From a virus (Duplodnaviria; Caudoviricetes): a stretch of 64,000 nt of DNA. The translations under genes were made by a program, and so were the position numbers. The notes beneath the pieces are model-generated. The model had not been told where the DNA came from, searched no databases, and saw nothing but the letters and a program-made list of their open reading frames with translations. Positions 20,186 through 29,087 of the stretch are shown here, one piece after another (the first letter of the stretch is position 1; each line of letters begins with the position of its first letter). Location: positions 1 to 64,000 of IMG/VR virus record IMGVR_UViG_3300012007_000014, one strand, 5' to 3'.

Positions 20186-20299
20186 TTACTTCTTTTTACA
20201 TACAGTGTACATCAAACCAATTCCAATAGCCGTGAGTGGTGCAATCCACCAATATTTCATGACCTTCTTCGAATGTTTTGTGTAAACCACTACTTTCAT
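20186..20299 (-). CDS. Small membrane peptide (37 aa)
   Basis: AGGAGGT RBS; one TM helix. Confidence 0.55.
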   Translation of the reverse strand: MKVVVYTKHSKKVMKYWWIAPLTAIGIGLMYTVCKKK

Positions 20300-20332
20300 T
20301 TTTACCTCCTTTAATAAAAGCACATTTATTCC

Positions 20333-20360
20333 TTCATTAAGGAGTTTGATTTTTGTGCGA
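20333..20360 (-). promoter_or_regulatory. Repeated phage promoter-like motif
   Basis: TCGC-ACAAAAAT-CA-AACTCC-TTAATGAA. Confidence 0.7.
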
Positions 20361-20401
20361 AAAATATAAAGGAAGAGATTTGTTTGAATCAAATAAATCA
20401 G

Positions 20402-20608
20402 TTATCTTCTTAATTTCTTAAACGATTTCCGACCATCTCTAATAGCAAGTATTGCATCATATGCTAACAACTCAAATATCCAAAGAATTGGCATCAAACC
20501 AATTGCGGATAACATTATGCCAAATGATACAACAATTTTAATCATTACAACACTAGAAACTATTAAATCGATAATACTCAAAACAAAATATAATACTGTC
20601 TTTTTCAT
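20402..20608 (-). CDS. Small membrane protein
   Basis: Two hydrophobic helices; RBS; own promoter motif. Confidence 0.6.
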   Translation of the reverse strand: MKKTVLYFVLSIIDLIVSSVVMIKIVVSFGIMLSAIGLMPILWIFELLAYDAILAIRDGRKSFKKLRR

Positions 20609-20631
20609 ATTAATCTCCTATCCTCTCTTCC

Positions 20632-20659
20632 TTCATTTAATGACATGATTATTTGACGA
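20632..20659 (-). promoter_or_regulatory. Repeated phage promoter-like motif
   Basis: TCGT-CAAATAAT-CA-TGTCAT-TAAATGAA. Confidence 0.6.
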
Positions 20660-20668
20660 TGAAATTTC

Positions 20669-20920
20669 TTAAGATTTCCTTAACTTGCAAATAATCTCAT
20701 ACCCTCTACTAATGAGTGTAACTGGCCAAATGAAAATTGGTAAAATGATACTTATAATACATAATCCTTCTGTTACTATAAAACGAGCGAACTCGTCTTT
20801 GCACATATTTTCCTGCATGTCACCAATCCAATTAGCAGTCTCCTCATCGTTAAGTATCAAATAAATAAGATTCATTGCAGCTACAATAATTCCAATCTTA
20901 AAATACATTTCCATAATCAT
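20669..20920 (-). CDS. Small membrane protein
   Basis: Two hydrophobic segments, WPV motif. Confidence 0.6.
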   Translation of the reverse strand: MIMEMYFKIGIIVAAMNLIYLILNDEETANWIGDMQENMCKDEFARFIVTEGLCIISIILPIFIWPVTLISRGYEIICKLRKS

Positions 20921-20974
20921 TCTCCCAAAAAGAATAAGGCTCTGAACAAATATCAGTCCAAAGCCCTAATCTTT

Positions 20975-21184
20975 TTACTTCTTTTTCTCTCTGCTTGCAC
21001 AAATTCCTACAATTATACCCGGAATTGAAATGACAAGCAGGATCAAGACAATTGCAATCATGACACCAGGAGCTGCAAGAAATGCCCCAAAAAATCCAAA
21101 TAATACCAATAACAGTATTATTGCGATCGGTATTCCTACAATTACTCCAAGCATGATTAGCAATCCTTTACCTAGTTTTTTCAT
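20975..21184 (-). CDS. Small membrane protein
   Basis: Two long hydrophobic helices; AGGAGGT RBS. Confidence 0.6.
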   Translation of the reverse strand: MKKLGKGLLIMLGVIVGIPIAIILLLVLFGFFGAFLAAPGVMIAIVLILLVISIPGIIVGICASREKKK

Positions 21185-21220
21185 TTCATACCTCCTATAA
21201 AATTGTTTATTGTCCAACGC

Positions 21221-21248
21221 TTCATTAGGAGGCATGAATATTTAGCGT
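21221..21248 (-). promoter_or_regulatory. Repeated phage promoter-like motif
   Basis: ACGC-TAAATATT-CA-TGCCTC-CTAATGAA. Confidence 0.65.
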
Positions 21249-21403
21249 TTTTCAAAGAATACTGGAGTATCAGTTGCTTCATTTACAGGAATATCAAGAC
21301 AATCAGGGCATGGAGAGTCATAGTTATCTTCTTTTCCTCCCTGCCAATACTTGCATTCCTTACATTTTGAGAAATCTACAATTCTATTGTGTTCATTTAT
21401 CAT
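21242..21403 (-). CDS. Small Cys-rich protein (53 aa, not in ORF track)
   Basis: CKECKYW...PCPDCL; GGAG RBS. Confidence 0.55.
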   Translation of the reverse strand: MINEHNRIVDFSKCKECKYWQGGKEDNYDSPCPDCLDIPVNEATDTPVFFEKR

Positions 21404-21474
21404 AGTTATCTCCAAAAAGAAAAAGGAGATCTTAGATCTTTCAACCTAAAATCTCCTTCGGTGCTAGTTAATCT

Positions 21475-21837
21475 TTATTTAGTTTTTGTACTATAATAAT
21501 TTCTATAGTCACTCTGAATTCGCCAAACATCTCCATTCTTTAATTTCATCTCCTCATCAGAGACATAGGCCATCTTGGCCGTTTCATAAGTCATAGCAAT
21601 GCCAATACCAGACATTACAAGACCACCAATACCAGTGATTGCCTGGATTACATCTTTTGGTTCAATACGATGCTCCAGACTCTTCTTCTGGTTCTCGATG
21701 GTCTGCAAGTTCTGCATTGCAGCACACCATTCCTCTGAACCAACCTCCAATGAGCCTATCTTCTCCTTTAATTTTTCGATCTGCTCATTATAGAAATGTT
21801 TGTTTGGCTTTGGTCCAAATGGACTAATGTAAATCAT
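21475..21837 (-). CDS. Membrane-associated hypothetical protein
   Basis: AGGAGGT RBS; coiled coil then hydrophobic helix. Confidence 0.65.
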   Translation of the reverse strand: MIYISPFGPKPNKHFYNEQIEKLKEKIGSLEVGSEEWCAAMQNLQTIENQKKSLEHRIEPKDVIQAITGIGGLVMSGIGIAMTYETAKMAYVSDEEMKLKNGDVWRIQSDYRNYYSTKTK

Positions 21838-21868
21838 ACTACACCTCCTTAAAGTGTTAACATTAGCT

Positions 21869-21896
21869 ACCATTAGAGTGTATGAAAAAATGGCAG
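21869..21896 (-). promoter_or_regulatory. Repeated phage promoter-like motif (variant)
   Basis: CTGC-CATTTTTT-CA-TACACT-CTAATGGT. Confidence 0.45.
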
Positions 21897-21897
21897 A

Positions 21898-22113
21898 TTA
21901 ATAGTCTGGAGCATAGTACGTCATCTCAAGTTTTCTAATCTCTTTGTTTAATGAAAGACTCCCCTTAATTCCCTCTTTCTTATTCACTTCATCTTTAATT
22001 TCTTTCTCTTTATCTTGATACTCTCTTGCAGAGATCTCTCCACTATAAAGAGAATCTTTAAGATTTTTAAGTTCCTTTACCTTACTCTTTACTAAACTAC
22101 TTGCCTGCTCCAT
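21898..22113 (-). CDS. Hypothetical protein
   Basis: GAGGA RBS; one-base overlap with upstream stop. Confidence 0.55.
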   Translation of the reverse strand: MEQASSLVKSKVKELKNLKDSLYSGEISAREYQDKEKEIKDEVNKKEGIKGSLSLNKEIRKLEMTYYAPDY

Positions 22114-22820
22114 TATTCCTCTCCATATACGCGATCCCATTCATGCATAGGAAGTGCTTCATCATTGAAATAGACAAAGTGACAAACAATTTCTTTTCCT
22201 TTAAATAGAATGACTCTTTCAAAATTATTGAATGTTATGCATTGAAGACCATTGTCATAATCATTCCAATCAAATCTCCATCCATAATGTTCTGCTATCT
22301 CAAATAGTTCTGGAAAATCTTTTTCACTAAAGTTTAAAAGTCGAAAGAAATCAGAAAGATACACAATCCCCTGATTGTGAAAGCATTCATTCAAATCAAG
22401 TTCTGCTCTCATAACTTCAGAGATGTCCTTCCAAAATATAATTCCATAGTCTGGAAGGTAAATAAGTTCATTCACCCCATCCGGAGGATCTAGTGCATTC
22501 TGATTCACTGCATCGGCGGCATTCATTAACTCCTCTAGATTTACATCCAAAATATCATTCTCATTCCTTCTCTTTTTCAGCAACCCCTCCGTCAAAATTG
22601 CAGAACTAGCAGCAAGAATAGAAGCCTTTTCTTTACTGGAGAGTCTATTGCTTAATAGGATAGAAACAATGGAAGAAGCACTCATGACAACTGGCAAGAT
22701 GAAATGCGTCTTCTTATGATCCTCTAAATATAATCTATCAGCTCTTACAAAGAGAATGTTAGAAGTAACGTGAGCCCCTATTGCAATACCAGTTACAATC
22801 TCAGGCAAGTATTTCTTCAT
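22113..22820 (-). CDS. DUF6353-like protein (paralogue 3)
   Basis: LPEIVTG N-terminus; YLSDFF...YGW motifs. Confidence 0.6.
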   Translation of the reverse strand: MKKYLPEIVTGIAIGAHVTSNILFVRADRLYLEDHKKTHFILPVVMSASSIVSILLSNRLSSKEKASILAASSAILTEGLLKKRRNENDILDVNLEELMNAADAVNQNALDPPDGVNELIYLPDYGIIFWKDISEVMRAELDLNECFHNQGIVYLSDFFRLLNFSEKDFPELFEIAEHYGWRFDWNDYDNGLQCITFNNFERVILFKGKEIVCHFVYFNDEALPMHEWDRVYGEE

Positions 22821-23107
22821 TTCTTTTCTCCAAGTCTTTTTGCAATCTCGCCTTGAATGATTTGGTCATAGGTGTAAGAGATAAGTTCTTCTGGCTTTTT
22901 CCGTAAAGTCTCTGGAAGGTTTTTGTCCCAATCAAAATTTACTTCCCACCAGTCTCCATACTTATCTAATATAAAAGAAATTGGTTTATTAGGTTTTACT
23001 TGTTCGTGATAAAGCTTTGAATGAAAAAAGTTTGAAGTGTAGTGACAGTTTGGTGCACATGGTTTCTTGCATTGTCCGCCTCCTGCACAAATATACATCA
23101 TCTTCAT
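22817..23107 (-). CDS. Cys-containing hypothetical protein
   Basis: CAGGGQCKKPCAPNC; ATGA overlap. Confidence 0.55.
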   Translation of the reverse strand: MKMMYICAGGGQCKKPCAPNCHYTSNFFHSKLYHEQVKPNKPISFILDKYGDWWEVNFDWDKNLPETLRKKPEELISYTYDQIIQGEIAKRLGEKK

Positions 23108-23198
23108 TGTTCGTTCCTTTTTAAAGTGAAAATATAAAGGAAGAGATTTTTAAATCAAATTCCAATAACTAATCTCTTCCTAAAAGTTTATTTCTTTA

Positions 23199-23393
23199 TT
23201 AGTGCTGAGTTAATGCTTTACTTATTCTAATTCCTATGTCAAACATTAATCCAAATACTCCAGCTAACATGTTAATAATCGCAAATATCTGTAGCGGTGA
23301 CATGTTAGTTGTAATCATTAGTGATACTTTGACTATCAAACAAATAGCTGCAGCAAACTCAGCTAACGTAAAAAGAATCTTTAAAACTTTCAT
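23199..23393 (-). CDS. Small membrane protein
   Basis: Two TM helices; GGAGGT RBS. Confidence 0.6.
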   Translation of the reverse strand: MKVLKILFTLAEFAAAICLIVKVSLMITTNMSPLQIFAIINMLAGVFGLMFDIGIRISKALTQH

Positions 23394-23429
23394 AAAAACC
23401 TCCTTATTGTAAAAAACGATCTCTTCCTT

Positions 23430-23457
23430 TACACTAGGAGGTATGATTTTTTAACAG
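23430..23457 (-). promoter_or_regulatory. Repeated phage promoter-like motif (variant)
   Basis: CTGT-TAAAAAAT-CA-TACCTC-CTAGTGTA. Confidence 0.45.
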
Positions 23458-23458
23458 T

Positions 23459-23677
23459 TCATCTACCAGAGAATTTCTTTCTATCTCCTTCTTGAACTAA
23501 CTTGTCAAACATATTATTAAACTCATTAACACCAGGTTCTCCATAATTTGTAAGAACCTGACTACGAATATCATCTTCTATCTTTGAATAATCTTTTCCC
23601 TCTATTTTTCCGAAAAAATATTCCTCATGATAAAAATATAACTTATTTGCTAATGCTTTCAGACTCTGTGTTTCCAT
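23459..23677 (-). CDS. Hypothetical protein
   Basis: GGAGGT RBS. Confidence 0.55.
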   Translation of the reverse strand: METQSLKALANKLYFYHEEYFFGKIEGKDYSKIEDDIRSQVLTNYGEPGVNEFNNMFDKLVQEGDRKKFSGR

Positions 23678-23957
23678 TCTGATTATTCACCTCCCTTACA
23701 GTCCAACCATAATCCTTAGAAAGCTGATTCAGTTCTCTAATAATGTCAGAAGGATTTGCATGACCTTTTCGGAAGACAACCTTCACAAGTCCTTCTGTAG
23801 GATTGAGAATTCTTGTGTATACCCCATTACAACCTCGAAGTCTTAAGTACTCAAAAAGAATCTTGCAATTGGTCATCTCATACTCAATCTTGTCACACAG
23901 AAGTGCATTATCATCATACTTCATAGTGATATACATAGAATAAAACTTATCTCTCAT
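23643..23957 (-). CDS. Hypothetical protein
   Basis: AAGGAG RBS; start refined to MRDKFY. Confidence 0.55.
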   Translation of the reverse strand: MRDKFYSMYITMKYDDNALLCDKIEYEMTNCKILFEYLRLRGCNGVYTRILNPTEGLVKVVFRKGHANPSDIIRELNQLSKDYGWTVREVNNQNGNTESESISK

Positions 23958-23970
23958 TTTTAATTCTCCT

Positions 23971-24759
23971 TTAAAATGGTAAACTCTTTTCATTCTTATC
24001 TTTTTCAGAAACTTTATTGATCCAGTCGTAATACATTCCCCATTCCTCATAGTAGAGTGGGTCGGTATCGAAATTCACATAAGTTACAGGAAATCCATGC
24101 ACTTCTCTCTTATACATTTGAATCTCCATTCCGTAAATATACATCCATCCAAGCTGATCAAGATCGTCATAGTGATGATCATTTGGATCAATGAATGAGA
24201 AGAAGTCTGCAAACGAGGCAAAGTCATTTACAGAAAGTTCCTCATTTAGTGCTTGAACCGCTCCGCAAAGCGCCTCATCCGTTGCAAATATCATTTTTCT
24301 AACTTGTGGGAAGAAGTAGATATTTACATCGTTCAATCTATTTTCATTTAATTGATCCGATTTCACTGCATCATCAATCATTCCATCAAGATCTCTTTGT
24401 GTGAGCTTTTCCTGAATGTCTTGTATTTCTTTTGGATCTACATGTTTTTCAAGCTCTTTGGAATATGTTTTTCTCTGCAGACTAGAGGCAACAATTGCAG
24501 CATTCATTGCAAGGAGTTTTGCCTTCTCTTTTTGCTGTAATCTATTAGAGAATATAATCGCAGTGACACTTGCAGAAGAGAGAATAACAGGAGCTGCATA
24601 TGCTTTGATATAGTCCTTCTTTGTCGGATTAGGATTCTTTTCATAAAGTTTCTTACTGTTGTAAATATAAAAGAAACTTGCAAGTGCCTCAGACCCTACT
24701 CCAATTCCTGTTAGTATTTCAGGTAAATGATCTTTGATTGGTTTCAAATTTACTTTCAT
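23971..24759 (-). CDS. DUF6353-like protein (paralogue 4)
   Basis: HLPEILTGIG N-terminus, ASFADFF...LGW; clearly similar to 22113-22820. Confidence 0.65.
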   Translation of the reverse strand: MKVNLKPIKDHLPEILTGIGVGSEALASFFYIYNSKKLYEKNPNPTKKDYIKAYAAPVILSSASVTAIIFSNRLQQKEKAKLLAMNAAIVASSLQRKTYSKELEKHVDPKEIQDIQEKLTQRDLDGMIDDAVKSDQLNENRLNDVNIYFFPQVRKMIFATDEALCGAVQALNEELSVNDFASFADFFSFIDPNDHHYDDLDQLGWMYIYGMEIQMYKREVHGFPVTYVNFDTDPLYYEEWGMYYDWINKVSEKDKNEKSLPF

Positions 24760-25005
24760 AGATACCTCCAAAAATATAAAAAGTAAGAACCATGACTTTT
24801 CACAGTTCTTACTCTGTTTACACAATAGTTATTCATCTAGCCAATAGCTATTGTTCCATTCTCGCCATTCTTTAAACTCTTTTACCTCTTTATGTAACTT
24901 CTCAACACGATTCACAATCACATTGAGTAGTGCATAGGCTCCAAGTCCTAAAGCTGGTAAGAAACATACTATTAACAAATAAATATCCATTTTTCTTCAC
25001 CTCCA

Positions 25006-25170
25006 TTAAAGAGGATGAACTTTTTGCGATTTTGTTTTATAGTACTTTTTGTAGGAATCTATCTCTTCTCTAGTCTGTTTGTCAGATGTAAAGAAGACGG
25101 GACCCTTTGAATGATCATTTACAATCTTTGCCCAATACATGATCTCATACCACTCCGTAAGTTCATTCAT
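25006..25170 (-). CDS. Hypothetical protein
   Basis: GGAGGT RBS; start refined. Confidence 0.45.
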   Translation of the reverse strand: MNELTEWYEIMYWAKIVNDHSKGPVFFTSDKQTREEIDSYKKYYKTKSQKVHPL

Positions 25171-25480
25171 GAGAGACTTCACCTCCACAAGCAGCATACC
25201 CTGCAATGTCAATCCAATTGTCAGCTTTGTCTTTGTTCTCCTCTCGTGCAACCTTGAAAAGAATCATCATGATTGCAACGTCTTGAGGGCTAATCGGCTT
25301 ATCAATGTAAAGAGACCAATAGTCTGCAATGCGTTTGAATGACTCTTCAGGAGATCCATACTGCATATCTCTATCCCCGCAAACACACTGCCTTGCTTTC
25401 TCAAGAATGTCCTCTCTTGTTACTGCACTCTTATTGTTGCTAACAACTTTTGTAAAATTAATCTTTGCTAAATCTTCCAT
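25163..25480 (-). CDS. DUF6378-like protein
   Basis: R.DILEKA..CVCGDRD.QYGSPEESF..IA..WS.Y...D.W.DIAGYAACG. Confidence 0.7.
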   Translation of the reverse strand: MEDLAKINFTKVVSNNKSAVTREDILEKARQCVCGDRDMQYGSPEESFKRIADYWSLYIDKPISPQDVAIMMILFKVAREENKDKADNWIDIAGYAACGGEVSHE

Positions 25481-25485
25481 AAATA

Positions 25486-25911
25486 TCAATCTCCTGTTGA
25501 TCCAAAACCGCCTCTTGACTTTTCCTGCATTACATTGTTTACAGTTCGAATGGTTACTTCTTGTGAAGGGATAATCCGAAATTGACAGATTCTTGTATTA
25601 GCTGGAATTACGGTATCACGAGTGGCATAAACTGGCATTTTCCACTCATCATTGGGACCACAATATAAATGGTCAATGACTCCAATGCCATTTGTCTGAA
25701 TGATCCCATATTTCTTGAATGTAGAAGATCTGGGCACAAGAATGCTCTCATACCCAGAAGGAACTGAGATAATAACGCCAAGAGGAATTAGTGTAGCCTC
25801 CCCCTGACGAATGGCAATAAGTTTGGAAGATCTTAAATCAATCCACTCCCCAGGATGTGCCTGAGAGATGGGATCAATGGTGTCAGTTAGATACTTTACG
25901 AAAATATCCAT
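25486..25911 (-). CDS. dut: dUTPase (trimeric type)
   Basis: WIDL, PRSS, GVID..Y, RICQ, RGGFGSTG motifs. Confidence 0.9.
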   Translation of the reverse strand: MDIFVKYLTDTIDPISQAHPGEWIDLRSSKLIAIRQGEATLIPLGVIISVPSGYESILVPRSSTFKKYGIIQTNGIGVIDHLYCGPNDEWKMPVYATRDTVIPANTRICQFRIIPSQEVTIRTVNNVMQEKSRGGFGSTGD

Positions 25912-26248
25912 AGCTATTCTCCTCACATACAGTGACGTCAACAATTCCTTCATTTGCTGTCTCAATAATTGTGTTTGTAGAATGGTAACAACGATCCTGA
26001 CTCTTATTGCAAAGAGCAGTTGCTGCCACAGATATAGCTACATACACACCAAGATTAATACCATGAGCAATCAACTTATTTTTTGGAGAAAGATTCGATC
26101 CATTAATCAGATCGATTGTGTGACAAGCAATTGCTGTGTTTGTTGCCAAGACTCCACCAAACAATGTGCCTGAGATTTCAGCATTTAGCATTTCATTGTG
26201 GAGATTCTTTTTCTCTAATTTTTCAATGGCGATCCTTGAAGTATTCAT
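25883..26248 (-). CDS. Hypothetical membrane-associated protein
   Basis: AAAGGA RBS; two hydrophobic stretches. Confidence 0.5.
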   Translation of the reverse strand: MNTSRIAIEKLEKKNLHNEMLNAEISGTLFGGVLATNTAIACHTIDLINGSNLSPKNKLIAHGINLGVYVAISVAATALCNKSQDRCYHSTNTIIETANEGIVDVTVCEENSYGYFRKVSN

Positions 26249-26264
26249 AACATATCCTTTCTAT

Positions 26265-26498
26265 TCACTGTGCAAATATAGAATCAATAAGACTCTGCAT
26301 CATTGCGATGAGGAGCTGCAAACTCTCCTCCTTATTAAACCCTGCTTTACAGAAGCTAGAATATAAATGAAATGTCTCATCTGCTAAATTCTGCCTGTCA
26401 GTTTTGTTTTTCTGTGATAGCAAGAAGTTAACAAACTGCGTTCCTAAAACAGAATCAATCTTTTTCTGCTCATTTTCCTTGTTATCATTCTCACTCAT
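26265..26498 (-). CDS. Hypothetical protein
   Basis: LYSSFCKAGFNKEESLQL motif; RBS. Confidence 0.6.
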   Translation of the reverse strand: MSENDNKENEQKKIDSVLGTQFVNFLLSQKNKTDRQNLADETFHLYSSFCKAGFNKEESLQLLIAMMQSLIDSIFAQ

Positions 26499-26593
26499 TT
26501 TATTGTCACCTGCCTCCTTATTTTGTTATGTGAACTAAGATCGTAATCACAAATAGTGCAAAGAAAAGTCCCAAAATATCAATGCACCTAAAA

Positions 26594-27076
26594 CTAGAAA
26601 AAATTGAAACAATGGTCTCCATATTGATAACCTATCTCCCCGTATCTTGGGAAAAACCCTGCACAATAGAAAAAGACCCTTGGATCAATTCTTTCCTCTC
26701 CAAGAGCCTCTTGACGCACAGCCTCAAAACATTCATCAGTTACATTGTAAAATGCTTTGGTAAGTCTCGGATCTCCTTCTCTATAAAACTGACCCTGTTG
26801 ATAAATGACATCCGATATGGTGTCTGGAAACCTTGGATCGTACATCCGGTTTAACACTACATCTGCAACTAGTTGCTTTCCTTTTAAGTCTTGATTCCCA
26901 GCTTCCGCCCATACAAGACATGCAAGAAGCTCCAGGTCATTGTAATAGTATTCTTCTGAAAGTGACCCGTACTTCTCATATCCACTTGGAACAGAAACAT
27001 TTGCAGCATGAACATTGAGAGGACAAAATATAAATAAGATGACACTAAACAATAATAAAAACTTTTTCACATTCAT
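26594..27076 (-). CDS. SleB/CwlJ-like cell wall hydrolase (Hydrolase_2) with signal peptide
   Basis: LLACLVWAEAGNQ..KGKQLVADVVLNR...FPDTISDVIYQ.GQF; catalytic Glu in AEA; C-terminal GDHCF. Confidence 0.85.
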   Translation of the reverse strand: MNVKKFLLLFSVILFIFCPLNVHAANVSVPSGYEKYGSLSEEYYYNDLELLACLVWAEAGNQDLKGKQLVADVVLNRMYDPRFPDTISDVIYQQGQFYREGDPRLTKAFYNVTDECFEAVRQEALGEERIDPRVFFYCAGFFPRYGEIGYQYGDHCFNFF

Positions 27077-27093
27077 TCCCCTTTCATAAAAGA

Positions 27094-27127
27094 AAAGAGT
27101 CTTAGAACAATTTGCTCCAAGACTCTT
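27094..27127 (-). terminator. Hairpin family member (GAGTCTTGGAGCA-AAT-TGTTCTAAGACTC) plus T-tract
   Basis: 13-bp stem with G-U pairs; homologous to hairpins near 37270, 37560 and 39661. Confidence 0.65.
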
Positions 27128-27132
27128 TATGA

Positions 27133-27321
27133 CTATTTGTTGACGATTAACTCCAGTATCTCCCATATGACAGTCGCAGATGTCCATCCTATCAAGATTC
27201 CACCAAACAGTGATTTATATGGATTGCCAAGCTTCAGTAACGCACAGGATACTACTACAGACAATATTAAACCAATAATATTAATCAAAACCATGATAAA
27301 TATAAAATCTCGTTCTTTCAT
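27133..27321 (-). CDS. Small membrane protein
   Basis: Two TM helices. Confidence 0.55.
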   Translation of the reverse strand: MKERDFIFIMVLINIIGLILSVVVSCALLKLGNPYKSLFGGILIGWTSATVIWEILELIVNK

Positions 27322-27338
27322 ATTATTCTTATCCTTTT

Positions 27339-27623
27339 TTAGAACACCAAATAAACTAGTAACACAATGTAATGGATTAACTGATCCGCCGCATAATTAA
27401 TTTCGTGGTATCTAGCCTTTAAAGTATCTGATAGTACATGTGTAACAAATATAAATAAAAGCTTCCAGTCTAATCCGAAGAAAATATAGAATGGAAAGCA
27501 GTATAGGAAGCAATGTACAATCATATGATACCAATTGGTTCCTTTTGTCTTTGCTAGAAAATCATTTTGAAACACATAGTCTCCTAGCAAATGACAAAAT
27601 ATCAATGTGATTATTGTATTCAT
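27339..27623 (-). CDS. DUF3307-like membrane protein
   Basis: HLLGDYVFQ..FLA..K...HC..Y...H...D..K....DQLIH. Confidence 0.75.
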   Translation of the reverse strand: MNTIITLIFCHLLGDYVFQNDFLAKTKGTNWYHMIVHCFLYCFPFYIFFGLDWKLLFIFVTHVLSDTLKARYHEINYAADQLIHYIVLLVYLVF

Positions 27624-27888
27624 TCTTTTTCTTTCTCTTTACCCTCATCATTTTGGATCAACTTTTGGAGAAGTGCATTTTGAATACGAAACTGATCTGA
27701 AATATCAGATAAACTCCTTGCAATTTTCTTCAGGGTATTAAGCCTTTCTATCTCTTGATTTGTCATCATTCTCTTTCTTATCCTCTTTATAAGCATTTAA
27801 GAGTTTCTTTAAAGTCTCTACTTCTTCTTTCGATAAACTATCTACAAATTCCTTTGTTGTCATGACTTAGAATCCTCCAAAAACTCTT

Positions 27889-28167
27889 TTAATCCTTCTG
27901 TGATTCTTCCCATCTTGTCTTAAATCTCTCCATCTTGTACTTTGCAATTGTGGGACTTGAATGGATTTCAAGTTCATTAGCACAGTTCACAATGTCGGTG
28001 TACTCCTCTATAATCGCATCATGCATCTCGCTTGCTGTAACTGGAGTTGGATTCTCTCCTCTCTCAATCCGAGCCATTTTTAGTGCCGCTTTTGCAAGCT
28101 CCACACACTCTTCTGCCATCTGTTCATACATGGCAGGTTCTCCAATTTTGTCTTTCATGTAACCCAT
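27889..28167 (-). CDS. MazG-like nucleotide pyrophosphohydrolase
   Basis: EQMAEEC.EL..A..K..R....IIEEYTD acidic helix pattern. Confidence 0.65.
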   Translation of the reverse strand: MGYMKDKIGEPAMYEQMAEECVELAKAALKMARIERGENPTPVTASEMHDAIIEEYTDIVNCANELEIHSSPTIAKYKMERFKTRWEESQKD

Positions 28168-28226
28168 AATCTAATCCTCCTAAAATTTCTCTTGCTCCTG
28201 CATCCAGAGTAAATCCTCCGTTCTCT

Positions 28227-28640
28227 TTATAGCCCTAATTCCTCAAGAAAATACACATTACCTGTCTCCATGCCCTTATATATTGTCCCACTTTTGAAAA
28301 GAGGTAATACAACCTCTGGACTATCATCAAGAATAATAACGATGCGCTGGTATACGCATCCTTCAGGGTTATCAAAGTTTACAAAATCCACTTTGCAAAT
28401 AAAACTAACTTTGTCTCTGAACGGCTTAATGACTGCACTCAAATACTTCTTTTCTGCATCGTTAAGGATCTGTTCTTGTTCATGCTCCTTATCAAGCCAT
28501 CTTTTAAGCGAGGGAATGTACTGTCCTCTTACTAAGATTTTGTCATTCAGAGAAATAACAGTATCGCCATTGCTGTCAAAGGAAAAGAGCAAATCACCAA
28601 ACTTATACCCATTCTTAATCATCCATTCTGCATTAGTCAT
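28227..28640 (-). CDS. Hypothetical protein, tandem duplicate B
   Basis: Near-identical N-terminus and ILNDAEKKYLSAVIKPFRD block with 28637-29023. Confidence 0.75.
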   Translation of the reverse strand: MTNAEWMIKNGYKFGDLLFSFDSNGDTVISLNDKILVRGQYIPSLKRWLDKEHEQEQILNDAEKKYLSAVIKPFRDKVSFICKVDFVNFDNPEGCVYQRIVIILDDSPEVVLPLFKSGTIYKGMETGNVYFLEELGL

Positions 28641-29023
28641 AACCCTAACTCCTCAAGTGTGTATTCTTTGCCAAGTTCCATTCCTTTGTACATGGTATTG
28701 GATTTAAAATCCGGGAAAATCATTTGGAAACCAATATTAATTACTATATATTCTCCTTTGCCATTCAATTTTGGATTTTTCGTAATACTTCGTACTCGAT
28801 CTCTGAACGGCTTAATGACTGCGCTCAAATACTTCTTCTCTGCATCGTTAAGGATCTGTTCTTGTTCATGCTCTTTATCAAGCCATCCGAAAGGAACGTA
28901 CCCTCCTCTTACTAAAATTTTGTTATACAGAGAAATGATAATATCTCCACTACTGCTGTCAAAGCAACAGCACAAATCACTGAACTTATACCCATTTTTA
29001 ATCATCCATTCTGCATTAGTCAT
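28637..29023 (-). CDS. Hypothetical protein, tandem duplicate A
   Basis: As above; C-terminal MYKGMELGKEYTLEELGL. Confidence 0.75.
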   Translation of the reverse strand: MTNAEWMIKNGYKFSDLCCCFDSSSGDIIISLYNKILVRGGYVPFGWLDKEHEQEQILNDAEKKYLSAVIKPFRDRVRSITKNPKLNGKGEYIVINIGFQMIFPDFKSNTMYKGMELGKEYTLEELGL

Positions 29024-29087
29024 AACCTGAATTCCTCCAAAACATCATTTCTGATTTATCTTTGCACCACAATTTGAGCATGCTACA

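Noticed and set aside
26594-27076. Endolysin call for the SleB-like gene
   Set aside because: Has a signal peptide, no cell-wall-binding domain, and lies among early genes far from the holin-like gene
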